Numbered from the stretch's first letter, positions 29,447 through 39,090 are shown. The stretch: DNA of 64,000 nt from an uncultured Bacteroidota bacterium (GCA_963727705.1 CAVSHK010000017.1:9012-73011), one strand, 5' to 3'. Notes: generated by a model from the letters alone, not told the origin. Numbers and translations: made by a program.

Positions 29447-31371
29447 ATGGAGCATTTAGAAAGGTTACTAAAGTTAGAAAAACTTTTAAAAATTGAACGG
29501 GATGAGGATTATGAGCAATATAGAAGTTTTTTTTCGCGCAATAACATTACTTACCGCAAACAAAATGGGGTAACGTGGTATCCGATTGTTATAACAAATA
29601 CAGAGATTGGATTAGGTGAATACCTTCATATTGACATAGAGCGAACTAGTAATCACAATGAGCCTCACCAGTTTTCAGGTGGTAAAATGGCGGCATTGTT
29701 TTCAAATATACATAACGATGTTAATTCCTTTAAATGGTACTATAAAAGTAATTGGGCCAAATAAAATACGATTATCACTCACTGTTGATGAATTACCCGA
29801 CTGGTGCGACGATGGCAAATTGGGTATTAATATTTTATTTGATGAAGCCGGTTATCGGGAAATGGACAACGCTCTTAAAAAGGTGATGAATGCCAGCAAT
29901 AACCGATTGGCGCACTTGCGTGATATAATGTATGGTTTAAAAAAGCCTGAGTTTGAAAAAGAAAACACGTCTTTAAAAATCGACAAACTAAATGATTCAC
30001 AAAATGCAGCAGTACGAAAAATTATTGCTGCTAAAGACATTGCAATTATCCACGGCCCTCCCGGTACGGGAAAAACCACCACGCTGGTGCAGGCAATACG
30101 CGAAACATTAAAAAGTGAAAAGCAAATTTTGGTGTGCAGTTCCAGCAATACTGCTGTTGATTTACTTACCGAAAAACTACATCGCGAAGGTATTAATGTG
30201 TTGCGTTTGGGAAATCCGGCACGTATTTCGGAAGAAGTACTGATGAATACAGTCGATTCAAAAGTCTCCAAGCATGAATCGTTTAAGGATTAAAGAATTA
30301 CCGTAAAACAGCCGACGAATATTTTCGTATGGCAGGCAAATATAAACGAACCTTTGGTAGGGAAGAACGCCAACAAAGACAATTATTTTACAACGAAGCA
30401 AAAAAATTATTGAGTGATGCTCGTGTGCTGGAAGATTATATTTTGGAAGACCAATTCAGCAAGGCGCAGGTAATCGCATGCACGCCAGTGGTATCAGCCA
30501 ACCGCATGATGCGCGACCGACATTTTAAAACAGTTTTCATTGATGAGGCAGCGCAGGCATTAGAACCAATGTGCTGGATACCCATTACACGCTGTCAACG
30601 TGTGATATTTGCAGGCGATCATTTTAATTACCTCCTACAGTAAAATCGAAACTGGCAGAAGCCGGAGGCTTGAAAGAATCATTATTTGAACATTGTATGA
30701 CTATTGAAAACATAGCAGTAATGCTGAATACACAGTACCGTATGCACGAACATATCATGAATTTTTCAAACTCTAAATTTTATGGTTCTCAACTTAAAGC
30801 ACACGAATCGGTTAAAAACAGTTTGCTGAGTGATGATGCTGATGAACACTTATTAAATACGGCTCTTGATTTTATTGATACTGCGGGTTGCGGCTACAAT
30901 GAAATTTTGAATCCCGAAAGTTTGAGTACATCTAATCCTGAAGAAGCGCAGTTATTAATCAGGCATTTAAAAAATTTAGTGGAACAATATTATTGCAATG
31001 GGCGCAAAGACACCATCAGCATAGGTGTTATTTCACCTTACAAGGAACAAGTGCAATTGCTTACGTTACAAATAGAGAATGATGAAGTCTTTAAAGCATA
31101 TCCCATTCGCATAGCTATTAAAACCATTGACGGATTTCAGGGACAAGAACGAGATATTATTTATATAAGCCTGGTTCGTAGCAATGATGATAAGGATATT
31201 GGTTTTTTGAGTGACATCCGCCGCATGAATGTAGCACTTACACGTGCAAAGAAAAAACTAGTAATGATAGGTGATAGCGCCACCTTATCCAATCATCCTT
31301 TTTACAAAGACTTTTTGGATTATGTTGATTCTATTGGTGCTTATAAAAGTGCCTGGGAGTTTATGGAGTAG
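29447..31371 (+). pseudogene. Superfamily-1 helicase (Upf1/DNA2-NAM7-like, AAA_11/AAA_12), broken into four frames as sequenced
   Basis: The fragments are 29447..29764, 29658..30293 (Walker A GPPGTGKT), 30329..30643 (FIDEAAQ; GDHF|QLPPTV split at about 30625) and 30670..31371 (motifs V/VI: TIDGFQGQERD, NVALTRAKKK). Junctions lie near 29729-29731 (+1), 30290-30291 (-1) and 30623-30630 (-1). 1925 nt plus 1 gives 642 codons. Confidence 0.8.
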
Positions 31372-31389
31372 AAATTACATAGCTGACTC

Positions 31390-31503
31390 AGTGTCTCACT
31401 CGTGCCAATTGTTTTAGGGCGTGGTCTCAAAACAGCAAGTGAAAATGCAGCTTTTTATTTTATGGCAAGATGCCAGTTAATAATTTGGCACGAGTGAGAC
31501 ACT
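31390..31503. repeat. 19-bp perfect inverted repeat with a 76-nt spacer filling the helicase/pseudouridine-synthase convergent gap
   Basis: AGTGTCTCACTCGTGCCAA (31390-31408) pairs with TTGGCACGAGTGAGACACT (31485-31503). Smaller hairpins occur inside, for example TGGCA-aga-TGCCA at about 31463-31475. Confidence 0.75.
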
Positions 31504-31518
31504 CGCGCCGGCTTTAGC

Positions 31519-32055
31519 TTAACCAAGTTGAGCAAACAATTCACTCAATTCGTCTTCAGTTAAATTTCTCCATTCACCCACTTTCAATTTACCGAGTTTT
31601 ATATTCATTATGCGCACGCGTTGCAGCTTTAACACCTGATAATTATAAACATTGCACATACGACGTATCTGTCGGTTCAAACCTTGTTTTAGAATTATTC
31701 TGAATATTCTTTTGGCATTGGGTTCGGGAGTTATAGTGCAGGGTTTTGTTACTGCATCGCCAATGTTCACCCCATTTGCAACGTCCACCAAAAACTGTTT
31801 GCGTAAAGGTAAATTCAATGTAACTATGTATTCCTTTTCGTGTTCAAAGTCCGGATGGATTATTTTATTGATAATACTACTATTGTTGGTCAACAATAGT
31901 AAACCTTCGGAGTCCTTATCCAAGCGCCCAATAGGAAGAAGCTTTTCGGAATGGTTAATAGCATCTATAATATTGTCATTTATTTTTTCGGTAGTGCAAA
32001 TAACTCCAACAGGTTTGTTGTAGGCAATGTAAATAAAATTTGAATCTTCAATCAT
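31519..32055 (-). CDS. Pseudouridine synthase, RsuA/RluF family catalytic domain only (no S4 domain)
   Basis: 178 aa with YNKPVGVICT, the catalytic GRLDKDSEGLLLLTNN motif and GLNRQIRRM. Only 27 nt separate its start from the upstream gene, which leaves no room for an S4 domain. Confidence 0.8.
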   Translation of the reverse strand: MIEDSNFIYIAYNKPVGVICTTEKINDNIIDAINHSEKLLPIGRLDKDSEGLLLLTNNSSIINKIIHPDFEHEKEYIVTLNLPLRKQFLVDVANGVNIGDAVTKPCTITPEPNAKRIFRIILKQGLNRQIRRMCNVYNYQVLKLQRVRIMNIKLGKLKVGEWRNLTEDELSELFAQLG

Positions 32056-32082
32056 TATGATATTAACAATAATAGGGCATTT

Positions 32083-33207
32083 TTATGCTCTTCGTATTTT
32101 TAATAATTTAATTTTCAATTCACTTTCAATTTTCCTTAACCGATCCATTTCCGAATCGGTAACAAAACTAATGGATAATCCTTTTTTGCCCGCACGTCCG
32201 GTTCTGCCACTTCTGTGTGTGTAATACTCCAGTTGTTCCGGCAGTTGATAATGAATGACGTATTGCAAATTATCAACATCAATACCTCTTGCAGCCATAT
32301 CTGTTGCAATGAGTATTTGTACTTTTTCATTTTTGAAAGCGCGCATCACTTTTTCTCTGTCGCGTTGCTGCAAATCTCCATGTAAGGCTTCTGCCAATAA
32401 ATTACGGGCTATTAACTGTTTGGCTAATGATTGTGCTCCGTCCTTTGTTTTGCAAAAAACAATGCCTCTGCCTTTCCCTTGAGTTTTTAAAAATTCAAGT
32501 AATGTATTTAATTTATCCTTGGTATCAATACATTGAACATATTGATGTTCAATGTCTCGGTTTACAACATTTTTCACATCAACCTCCACCTTATAGGCAT
32601 CTTCATCCATATAGGTGTTAATTATTTCCGTTAACGATTCTGGGATAGTTGCCGAAAAAAGCCAGATGTGACGTTGCTCGTTTGTTTGTTTTAATATAGT
32701 GTCTATATCCGGTTTAAAGCCCATGCTCAGCATTTCATCGGCTTCGTCCAGCACAATTGTTTTAATATTTTTCAAAGAAATGATTTTACGTTCCAATAAA
32801 TCTAATAAACGACCGGGTGTAGCAACCACAATATGTGTAGGACGACTTAACTTTTGAATTTGAATTTCTATATACTCACCTCCATACACAGTCTCAATAA
32901 AAATGCGGTTAGATGTATAGCGTGTAACACGAAAAAGTTGTTTGGCTATTTGTTGCCCTAACTCACGCGTTGGACACAATATTAATGCCTGTATTGTAGG
33001 GTTGGTAGCATCAATGTTTTGCAAAATGGGTAATCCAAAAGAGAGTGTTTTACCAGTTCCTGTTTGTGCCTGCCCAATAAAATCTCCTCCTTCTTTTAAT
33101 AAATAAGGAATTGATTTTGTTTGTATTTCGGTGGGAGTATGAATATTGTTTTCAACCAGTCCTTTTATTAAGGCTGCCGAAATTCCTAGTTCTGAAAATG
33201 TTGACAA
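32083..33207 (-). CDS. DEAD-box ATP-dependent RNA helicase (probable TTG start)
   Basis: Motifs present: Q motif (FSELGI..TPTEIQ), AQTGTGKT, DEAD (VLDEADEM), SAT and HRSGRTGRAGK. The ORF-track start at 33234 is a TTG inside a TAnnTTTG promoter box. The TTG at 33207 gives MSTFSELGI.. Confidence 0.85.
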   Translation of the reverse strand: MSTFSELGISAALIKGLVENNIHTPTEIQTKSIPYLLKEGGDFIGQAQTGTGKTLSFGLPILQNIDATNPTIQALILCPTRELGQQIAKQLFRVTRYTSNRIFIETVYGGEYIEIQIQKLSRPTHIVVATPGRLLDLLERKIISLKNIKTIVLDEADEMLSMGFKPDIDTILKQTNEQRHIWLFSATIPESLTEIINTYMDEDAYKVEVDVKNVVNRDIEHQYVQCIDTKDKLNTLLEFLKTQGKGRGIVFCKTKDGAQSLAKQLIARNLLAEALHGDLQQRDREKVMRAFKNEKVQILIATDMAARGIDVDNLQYVIHYQLPEQLEYYTHRSGRTGRAGKKGLSISFVTDSEMDRLRKIESELKIKLLKIRRA

Positions 33208-33231
33208 ATTTTTTGTAGTGTTAATGAAGCG

Positions 33232-33239
33232 CAAAGATA
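33232..33239 (-). promoter_or_regulatory. -7 box TATCTTTG upstream of the DEAD-box helicase gene
   Basis: Exact motif match. The ORF-track start codon (TTG 33234-33232) is the TTG of the motif itself. The proposed TTG start at 33207 is 24 nt downstream. Confidence 0.45.
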
Positions 33240-33323
33240 GCTTAATTAATTCTTATTGTTTTACCCTTAACACTACAAAGGACAATGTGCTACTATAAAA
33301 CCAGCTTTATGTATGTTTTATTT

Positions 33324-35129
33324 TTAAACAGGTTTTCGTAGTAAACTAATATCCGAAAAAGTTGAAGATTCGTTATTCATGTCTTTTGAAAATGATTCTA
33401 TCATTGTTTGGGGAACATTAAAATAGTCCAGTATCATTAATCCATCTAAACAATCGTTAAAGAGCGGATCAATATTAAAGCCCACAATATTGGCATTAAG
33501 GCTGAGATATTTTTTTAATAGTACCGGAATGCGCTGATCGCTTTCTATTTCATTGATTATTTTATCGATCTGATTAATGTTTGCAGAACCATCTTTTAAC
33601 AAATAACTAATTTCAGGCATGTATTTTTTAGGGATTTTAAATTGCTTTCGAGCCTTTATAAACTGAGCAAGTTCCGCATTATAATAATTTGCCCTTACAA
33701 AAGAAACAATAAGGCTTTTTGAAAAAGTTGACAGTTGGTTGCTAATACTTACCGGACCTATTAAATACCGATACTCGTTATTTTTTAAAAGAAAATGAAA
33801 TATACCTTTCCACAATAAAAACAGCGACATTGCTTTTTTCTGATATTCTTTTACAATAAATGAGCGCCCCAGTTCTATGCTTTGCTCCAGCAAGCCATTC
33901 ATTTGTTTATCAATTTTAAATAGGCTACTCACATAAAACCCTTTTGCTCCATACTTTTCAAGTATATCTTTTCCTTTTCCTATCCGATATGATCCCACAA
34001 TCTGTTGTTTTTTGTTATCCCAAATAATTAAATGGTGATAATATATATCATATTGATCTAAGTCCGTACTTTTATTTGTCCCTTCATTTACCTCGCGAAA
34101 AGTAATTTCGCGCAGGCGTCCGATTTCTAAAATAAGATTGGGAATGTTTTCTGCTTTTGCACACAATACCGTATAATTGCTCATTTCAAAAAGAAGAGCC
34201 TCTTCTTTATTCTTTTCAACTTCCGCAATTAACAAATTTTTGTCAATGGCTTTAATCACTTCAACAGCCTTTTTAGCTGCTCCTACTATTGGTTTTTTAT
34301 AAAAAGTATCTATATCAAGTGAATTCCCCAATGAATATGTTTTTGCCCGCAGGTAACGTCCTATCTCTTTCGTTGTTCCTATGCTTTTTATTTCTTCAAT
34401 AGATATAGGATTACCAATACGAAGATGAATGGTTTTATCTTTTTTATTAAATAGTTCCGATGGTAATTTAGCCGTTCTCAATAACGGATGTATTCGTCCT
34501 AATGCGTGAAAGAGCGGACTATTGGTGCCAGATATGTAAAGTGGAACAACGGGTACATTGCACTTTATTATAAATTTAAGGATTCCCGTTTCCCATTCTT
34601 TATCAGCAATTCTGTTTTCGGAAATATTAAACGACGATACTTCACCGGCCGGAAAAATCCCCAAAGGATGATCTTTTAATACATAATCAAATGCGCTGCG
34701 CAAGCCTATTACACTTGACTTAGCATCTTTCATGGTTTCAAAAGGATTTACCGGAAATATAAATTCTTTTAGCGGCGCAATGCGATGCAGAAGAAAGTTT
34801 GCCATTACTTTAAAATCAGGACGAACAGCCGTGATGATTTTACAAATTAAAATGCCATCCAGTGCCCCATAAGGGTGATTTGCAATCATTACAAATCCGC
34901 CTTTACGAGGTATCCGTTCTAAATCAGAGGGCGAAATATGATATTGAATGCCCAGATAATCGATAATAGCATCAATAAATTTATCGGGTGATTTTTGGTA
35001 GTTTTTATTATAAAGTTCGTTTACTTTATTCAGCTTTAATAGCTGAAAAACCACATCGGCAAAAACATCCTTACCTAACAGGTTGTAGTTAATTAACTTT
35101 TGAAATTCTTCCTTAGATACCAGTTCCAT
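33324..35129 (-). CDS. Bifunctional acyltransferase: N-terminal PlsC-like O-acyltransferase + C-terminal OlsB-like GNAT N-acyltransferase (OlsF-like aminolipid synthase)
   Basis: About 601 aa from ATG 35129 (MELVSKEEF). The N-terminal half has an acyltransferase motif (ANHPYGALDG, FPAGEVS). The C-terminal half has the OlsB/hemolysin-like GNAT pattern (LREITFREVNEGT...DLDQYDIYYHHLIIWD). Confidence 0.6.
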   Translation of the reverse strand: MELVSKEEFQKLINYNLLGKDVFADVVFQLLKLNKVNELYNKNYQKSPDKFIDAIIDYLGIQYHISPSDLERIPRKGGFVMIANHPYGALDGILICKIITAVRPDFKVMANFLLHRIAPLKEFIFPVNPFETMKDAKSSVIGLRSAFDYVLKDHPLGIFPAGEVSSFNISENRIADKEWETGILKFIIKCNVPVVPLYISGTNSPLFHALGRIHPLLRTAKLPSELFNKKDKTIHLRIGNPISIEEIKSIGTTKEIGRYLRAKTYSLGNSLDIDTFYKKPIVGAAKKAVEVIKAIDKNLLIAEVEKNKEEALLFEMSNYTVLCAKAENIPNLILEIGRLREITFREVNEGTNKSTDLDQYDIYYHHLIIWDNKKQQIVGSYRIGKGKDILEKYGAKGFYVSSLFKIDKQMNGLLEQSIELGRSFIVKEYQKKAMSLFLLWKGIFHFLLKNNEYRYLIGPVSISNQLSTFSKSLIVSFVRANYYNAELAQFIKARKQFKIPKKYMPEISYLLKDGSANINQIDKIINEIESDQRIPVLLKKYLSLNANIVGFNIDPLFNDCLDGLMILDYFNVPQTMIESFSKDMNNESSTFSDISLLRKPV

Positions 35130-35325
35130 AATTATTTCTTTTTTCAAAGAAACGTTATGACCGAAACATGAGTGTAATCTAAATGTTATTTAATTGTTAT
35201 GTAAGTTTTTTTGTTTAGTTTGTTCAATAGTTCATTATACTAATAATCAAAGTATTATAAAAAAGCAAGAAGGTTTTCGTGAAAATATTGGTGATAAAAA
35301 ACTGGAAAAGGAACAAAAAAATTTT

Positions 35326-36366
35326 CTAATGCTTGTAGTACTTCAACTGGTTAGCATAATCTCTTCCTAGTTTATTGCGATAATCGGTGTATGATTTCTG
35401 TGCCCATTGAAAAGCTTCATCATATTTTCCAACTACTTCACAAGCTACTGCCATGTTTAAACATGCTCGTCCGGCATTTTTACGTTTATTGCTTTTGGCA
35501 AGCTCCTGCCATATCTGCATTGCTCCATTCCAATCGGCAACTGACGAATATCTGAAGGCTGTTTTAAAGTTTTGCTTTTCAACACCTTTACCACTTTTGT
35601 ACATTGTTCGTGTAACGAAATAGTAACCTGGCAAAAAGCGTTGAATGTATTGTTTTCCGGCAGCATAAGCTGTTTCCTGCAAAGCACCCGGAGGAGGCAA
35701 AGCAAATTGATTGTTTTGCGCATTAAACATGAGATAGTTGGTGAATTGATATTCATCTATTATCTTTTGAGTTGACGGGTCATATAATCGCCAAAAAGTA
35801 ACCACACTCATTTTAATTTGTCGAGGCGGAGTTGGAATTGTTGATGCACCGGTTTCTATTATACCATTTATTTCTTTTTTTACCTCCGTTAACAATACGT
35901 CTGTTTGCGAATTGAATGTTTCTAAAACAAGTAATGCGTCTGATTTTACTGAGTCGCATACCTTCTTAACTGTTTTCCAATCCAGCAATTGGGGCTGCTC
36001 ACGCGTACCTGTTCCATAAAATCTGGTTTGAGAAGGAATTAATATATTAATAGAAGAGTCAATATAATTGTTCCAATAAAAGCCGTTACTTTTCCAGTCT
36101 CTGATATAATCATATACACCGTTTAAACATTTATCCGACGCGCGTTTATCCATACCCGGAATTTCTCCTGTTAGAATAGTTTCAATTGTTGAACCAACTT
36201 TATCTTTGCTCGTTGTAAGCGAACGATTAACAACAGCAATGTTATGTATATATGGTGGTAAAATGGCTATGGGCGGAGTTGCATATTTTAAACGAACAGA
36301 CCCATATTTACTACACCCTGATACCAATACAGCAGTTATTAGCAATAAAGAAATGTTTTTTTTCAT
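35326..36366 (-). CDS. Putative lipoprotein with TPR-like C-terminus, unknown function
   Basis: Internal ATG 36366 gives MKKNISLLLITAVLVSGCSK, a lipobox. The C-terminus (WNGAMQIWQELAKSN...ACEVVGKYDEAFQWAQKSY) is helical-repeat-like. Confidence 0.55.
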   Translation of the reverse strand: MKKNISLLLITAVLVSGCSKYGSVRLKYATPPIAILPPYIHNIAVVNRSLTTSKDKVGSTIETILTGEIPGMDKRASDKCLNGVYDYIRDWKSNGFYWNNYIDSSINILIPSQTRFYGTGTREQPQLLDWKTVKKVCDSVKSDALLVLETFNSQTDVLLTEVKKEINGIIETGASTIPTPPRQIKMSVVTFWRLYDPSTQKIIDEYQFTNYLMFNAQNNQFALPPPGALQETAYAAGKQYIQRFLPGYYFVTRTMYKSGKGVEKQNFKTAFRYSSVADWNGAMQIWQELAKSNKRKNAGRACLNMAVACEVVGKYDEAFQWAQKSYTDYRNKLGRDYANQLKYYKH

Positions 36367-36520
36367 TCTCGTTTTTCGATTTTGTTCAGCAAATGTAGTA
36401 ATAAGATTAAGACATTGTTCTTTCAATAATAATCTAACATTATAACTTTTTAAAGATGCCAAAAAGCAATACGCGGATATTGGATTTAAATATGTTTATT
36501 GATTGTTTCTTTTGTGGCGG

Positions 36521-37918
36521 TTACTTTCCGATACAGAAACGAGAGAAGATATTACTTAACAAATCATCGCTGGATATTTCACCTGTAATAGTTCCCAAAT
36601 AATGCAATGCCTGACGGATGTCCATTGCTAAAAAATCACCTGTAACATTTAGGTTCAAGCCTTCCAGTACTTTTAGCAAAGCCGTATTGGTATTACGCAA
36701 GGCTTCAACGTGTCGGGCATTGGTAACAATGGTTTCGGTAACGTTTACCGTACGGTTATCAAATAAATGAACAAGGTGTTTTTTTAATTGATCTAAATTG
36801 GTTTGTTCTTTTGCAGAGATAAAAAGCATATTGTTAAACTCTTTAAATTCTTGCATGGTGTATGCTATATCCTCGCTATCAATCTTATTGGCAACCAAAA
36901 CTAGTTCCGAATTATTCAAATGAGGTTTAATTTCTTCAATAATTGACTTGAGTTCAGAAGCTGTTATCTCATGTATATCAAAAATATAAAGTACAATAGA
37001 AGATAGTTTAATTTGCTCAAATGTTTTTTCAACACCTATACTTTCAATAATATCAACTGTTTGGCGAATGCCGGCAGTATCAATAATACGAAACAATACC
37101 CCATCAATGGTTAGTTCATCTTCAATTACATCACGTGTTGTTCCGGGTATGTCTGAAACAATTGCTTTATCCTCATTTAACAAAGCGTTCAACAATGTTG
37201 ATTTACCGGCATTTGGTTTACCTACAATGGCAACGGGAATACCGTTTTTAATAACATTACCTACTTCAAACGAATCAATCAATCGCTGAACAATACGCTG
37301 AATGCTACTTACCAGATTTTTCAAATCTTTTCTATCGGCAAATTCCACATCCTCTTCACTAAAATCAAGCTCCAGCTCAATAAGTGAAGCAAAATCAATT
37401 AGGTTTTGACGCAGTAATTTTATTTTACTTGAAAACCCACCACGCATTTGTTGCATGGCTATTTGATGCGACGTGGCAGAATTGGATGAAATCAAATCGG
37501 CAACAGCCTCTGCTTGCGACAAATCCAACTTGCCGTTCAAAAAAGCTCTTAATGTAAATTCTCCTTGATTGGCAATGCGGGCGCCATATTTAAGTATAAG
37601 TTGTATTATTTGTTGCTGAATATATGGTGAACCATGACAGGATATTTCAACCGTATTTTCACTTGTATAGGAATGTGGTGCTTTAAAAACACTTACCAAT
37701 ACTTCATCAATAATTATGTCATCATCTTGTATGGTTCCAAAATGAATCGTATGTGAAGGCACAGTATAAAAATCTTTTTCTTTTAAACTTTTGGTTCTGA
37801 ATATTTCATTACAAATTTCAAAAGCTCTTAGTCCTGAAATTCGGATAACCCCTATTGCACCTATCCCTTGAGGAGTGGCTAATGCAACAATGGTGTCGGT
37901 ATTTATGTTTAATGTCAA
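36521..37918 (-). CDS. mnmE: tRNA modification GTPase MnmE (TrmE)
   Basis: 465 aa with N-terminal DTIVALATPQGIGAIGVIRISG, a G domain (GKPNAGKSTLLNAL, DTAG) and the C-terminal CIGK motif. A TTG start is inferred. Confidence 0.92.
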   Translation of the reverse strand: MTLNINTDTIVALATPQGIGAIGVIRISGLRAFEICNEIFRTKSLKEKDFYTVPSHTIHFGTIQDDDIIIDEVLVSVFKAPHSYTSENTVEISCHGSPYIQQQIIQLILKYGARIANQGEFTLRAFLNGKLDLSQAEAVADLISSNSATSHQIAMQQMRGGFSSKIKLLRQNLIDFASLIELELDFSEEDVEFADRKDLKNLVSSIQRIVQRLIDSFEVGNVIKNGIPVAIVGKPNAGKSTLLNALLNEDKAIVSDIPGTTRDVIEDELTIDGVLFRIIDTAGIRQTVDIIESIGVEKTFEQIKLSSIVLYIFDIHEITASELKSIIEEIKPHLNNSELVLVANKIDSEDIAYTMQEFKEFNNMLFISAKEQTNLDQLKKHLVHLFDNRTVNVTETIVTNARHVEALRNTNTALLKVLEGLNLNVTGDFLAMDIRQALHYLGTITGEISSDDLLSNIFSRFCIGK

Positions 37919-38149
37919 AAGTTAAATAATTAAAAGTCAAATAATAATAAGTCATGCGTAAAATGATGGAATAAAAGTAGGAATTAAAAGTGTTCTAACT
38001 ATTACTAGTTAACTTTAGCTTATAACTTTCCTAAAAAAAGATAAAAATACTTTGCTTTAAGCACTTAAAACTATACTTTAGCAATCTCAAAATTTGAGAA
38101 TTGTATTTTAAACTTTCCAACGTTAAACTTTCTAATTTTAAATAAAACT

Positions 38150-39070
38150 ATGAGTGTACTGGTAAATAAGCAATCGAGAGTGATTGTGCAAGGCTTTACA
38201 GGTTCCGAAGGAACGTTTCATGCCGGTCAAATGATAGAATATGGAACATGCGTGGTAGGTGGTGTTACTCCGGGTAAAGGCGGAACAACGCATTTAGACC
38301 GCCCTGTTTTTAATACAGTTAAAGAAGCAGTTGACAAGGCAGGTGCTGATGTGTCCATTATTTTTGTACCACCACCGTTTGCCGCAGATGCCATCATGGA
38401 AGCTGCAGAAGCAGGCATAAAAGTTATTATTTGTATAACAGAAGGTATTCCTGTTAAAGACATGATTGCTGTTAAAGAATATTTAAAGGATAAAGATTGC
38501 AGATTAATCGGACCGAATTGTCCAGGTGTTATTTCTGCAGAAGAAGCCAAAGTGGGCATCATGCCCGGCTTTGTGTTTAAAAAAGGTAATGTAGGTATTG
38601 TTTCAAAATCAGGAACATTAACATATGAAGCTTCTGACCAAACTGTAAAAGCAGGCTTGGGAATATCTACAGCTATAGGTATTGGTGGGGACCCTATTAT
38701 TGGAACAACCACAAAAGAAGCAGTTGAGCTTTTAATGAACGACCCTGATACACACGGTATTATTATGATAGGTGAAATTGGTGGAAGTTTGGAAGCAGAT
38801 GCTGCTAGATGGATAAAAGAAAACGGAAACCGCAAACCGGTTGTGGGTTTTATTGCTGGTGAAACAGCACCAAAAGGTCGCACAATGGGACATGCGGGAG
38901 CTATAGTTGGAGGTACTGCAGATACTGCAGAAGCAAAAAAGAAAATTTTACGTGAATGCGGTGTTGTGGTTGTTGATTCGCCGGCACACATTGGAAAAGC
39001 AATGGCAGAAGCATTGCATAGTGAGGATAGAAAAGCTAGCCCTCACCATTATTCAAATAGAGTAGATTAG
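38150..39070 (+). CDS. sucD: Succinate--CoA ligase subunit alpha
   Basis: 306 aa with VQGFTGSEGTFH, the phosphohistidine loop GHAGAI and a CoA-binding fold. It carries about 17 extra C-terminal residues compared with the usual length. Confidence 0.93.
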   Translation: MSVLVNKQSRVIVQGFTGSEGTFHAGQMIEYGTCVVGGVTPGKGGTTHLDRPVFNTVKEAVDKAGADVSIIFVPPPFAADAIMEAAEAGIKVIICITEGIPVKDMIAVKEYLKDKDCRLIGPNCPGVISAEEAKVGIMPGFVFKKGNVGIVSKSGTLTYEASDQTVKAGLGISTAIGIGGDPIIGTTTKEAVELLMNDPDTHGIIMIGEIGGSLEADAARWIKENGNRKPVVGFIAGETAPKGRTMGHAGAIVGGTADTAEAKKKILRECGVVVVDSPAHIGKAMAEALHSEDRKASPHHYSNRVD

Positions 39071-39090
39071 TATTTTGAATGTATAAAGCA

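Noticed and set aside
30400-30640. Locally elevated GC (about 45-48% in two 60-nt samples versus about 30-35% in neighbours) in the helicase core, as a sign of horizontal transfer.
   Set aside because: The helicase N- and C-terminal parts sampled at about 28-33% GC. Conserved motif regions of other genes, such as the RND pump, are similarly GC-enriched. Hand counts over 60 nt are too coarse to support a horizontal-transfer claim.
31485-31503. TTGGCACGAGTGAGACA resembling a sigma-54 -24/-12 promoter (TGGCAC-N5-TTGC).
   Set aside because: The -12 element is absent (AGAC instead of TTGC). The site lies between two convergent gene ends, so there is no gene to drive, and it forms one arm of the 19-bp inverted repeat.
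38020-38149. TACTTTG and TACTTTAG sequences upstream of sucD as promoter -7 boxes.
   Set aside because: Neither is an exact TAnnTTTG. One has a single spacer base and the other ends in TTAG. I listed only exact matches.
38227-38991. 254-aa ORF antisense to sucD. Similar long antisense or shadow ORFs occur at 42022..42456, 5843..6175, 39264..39572, 39621..39893, 25049..25402, 31652..32023 and 29852..30271.
   Set aside because: Each lies entirely inside a well-supported gene on the opposite strand. Their composition is low-complexity and repetitive, typical of reverse-frame translation, and they have no independent start or promoter signals.
39019-39070. About 17-residue C-terminal extension of SucD (..SEDRKASPHHYSNRVD) as a possible stop-codon loss or fusion.
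   Set aside because: The extension is short, is followed immediately by a strong terminator, and no additional domain is encoded. This is within normal C-terminal variation and cannot be evaluated without orthologues.
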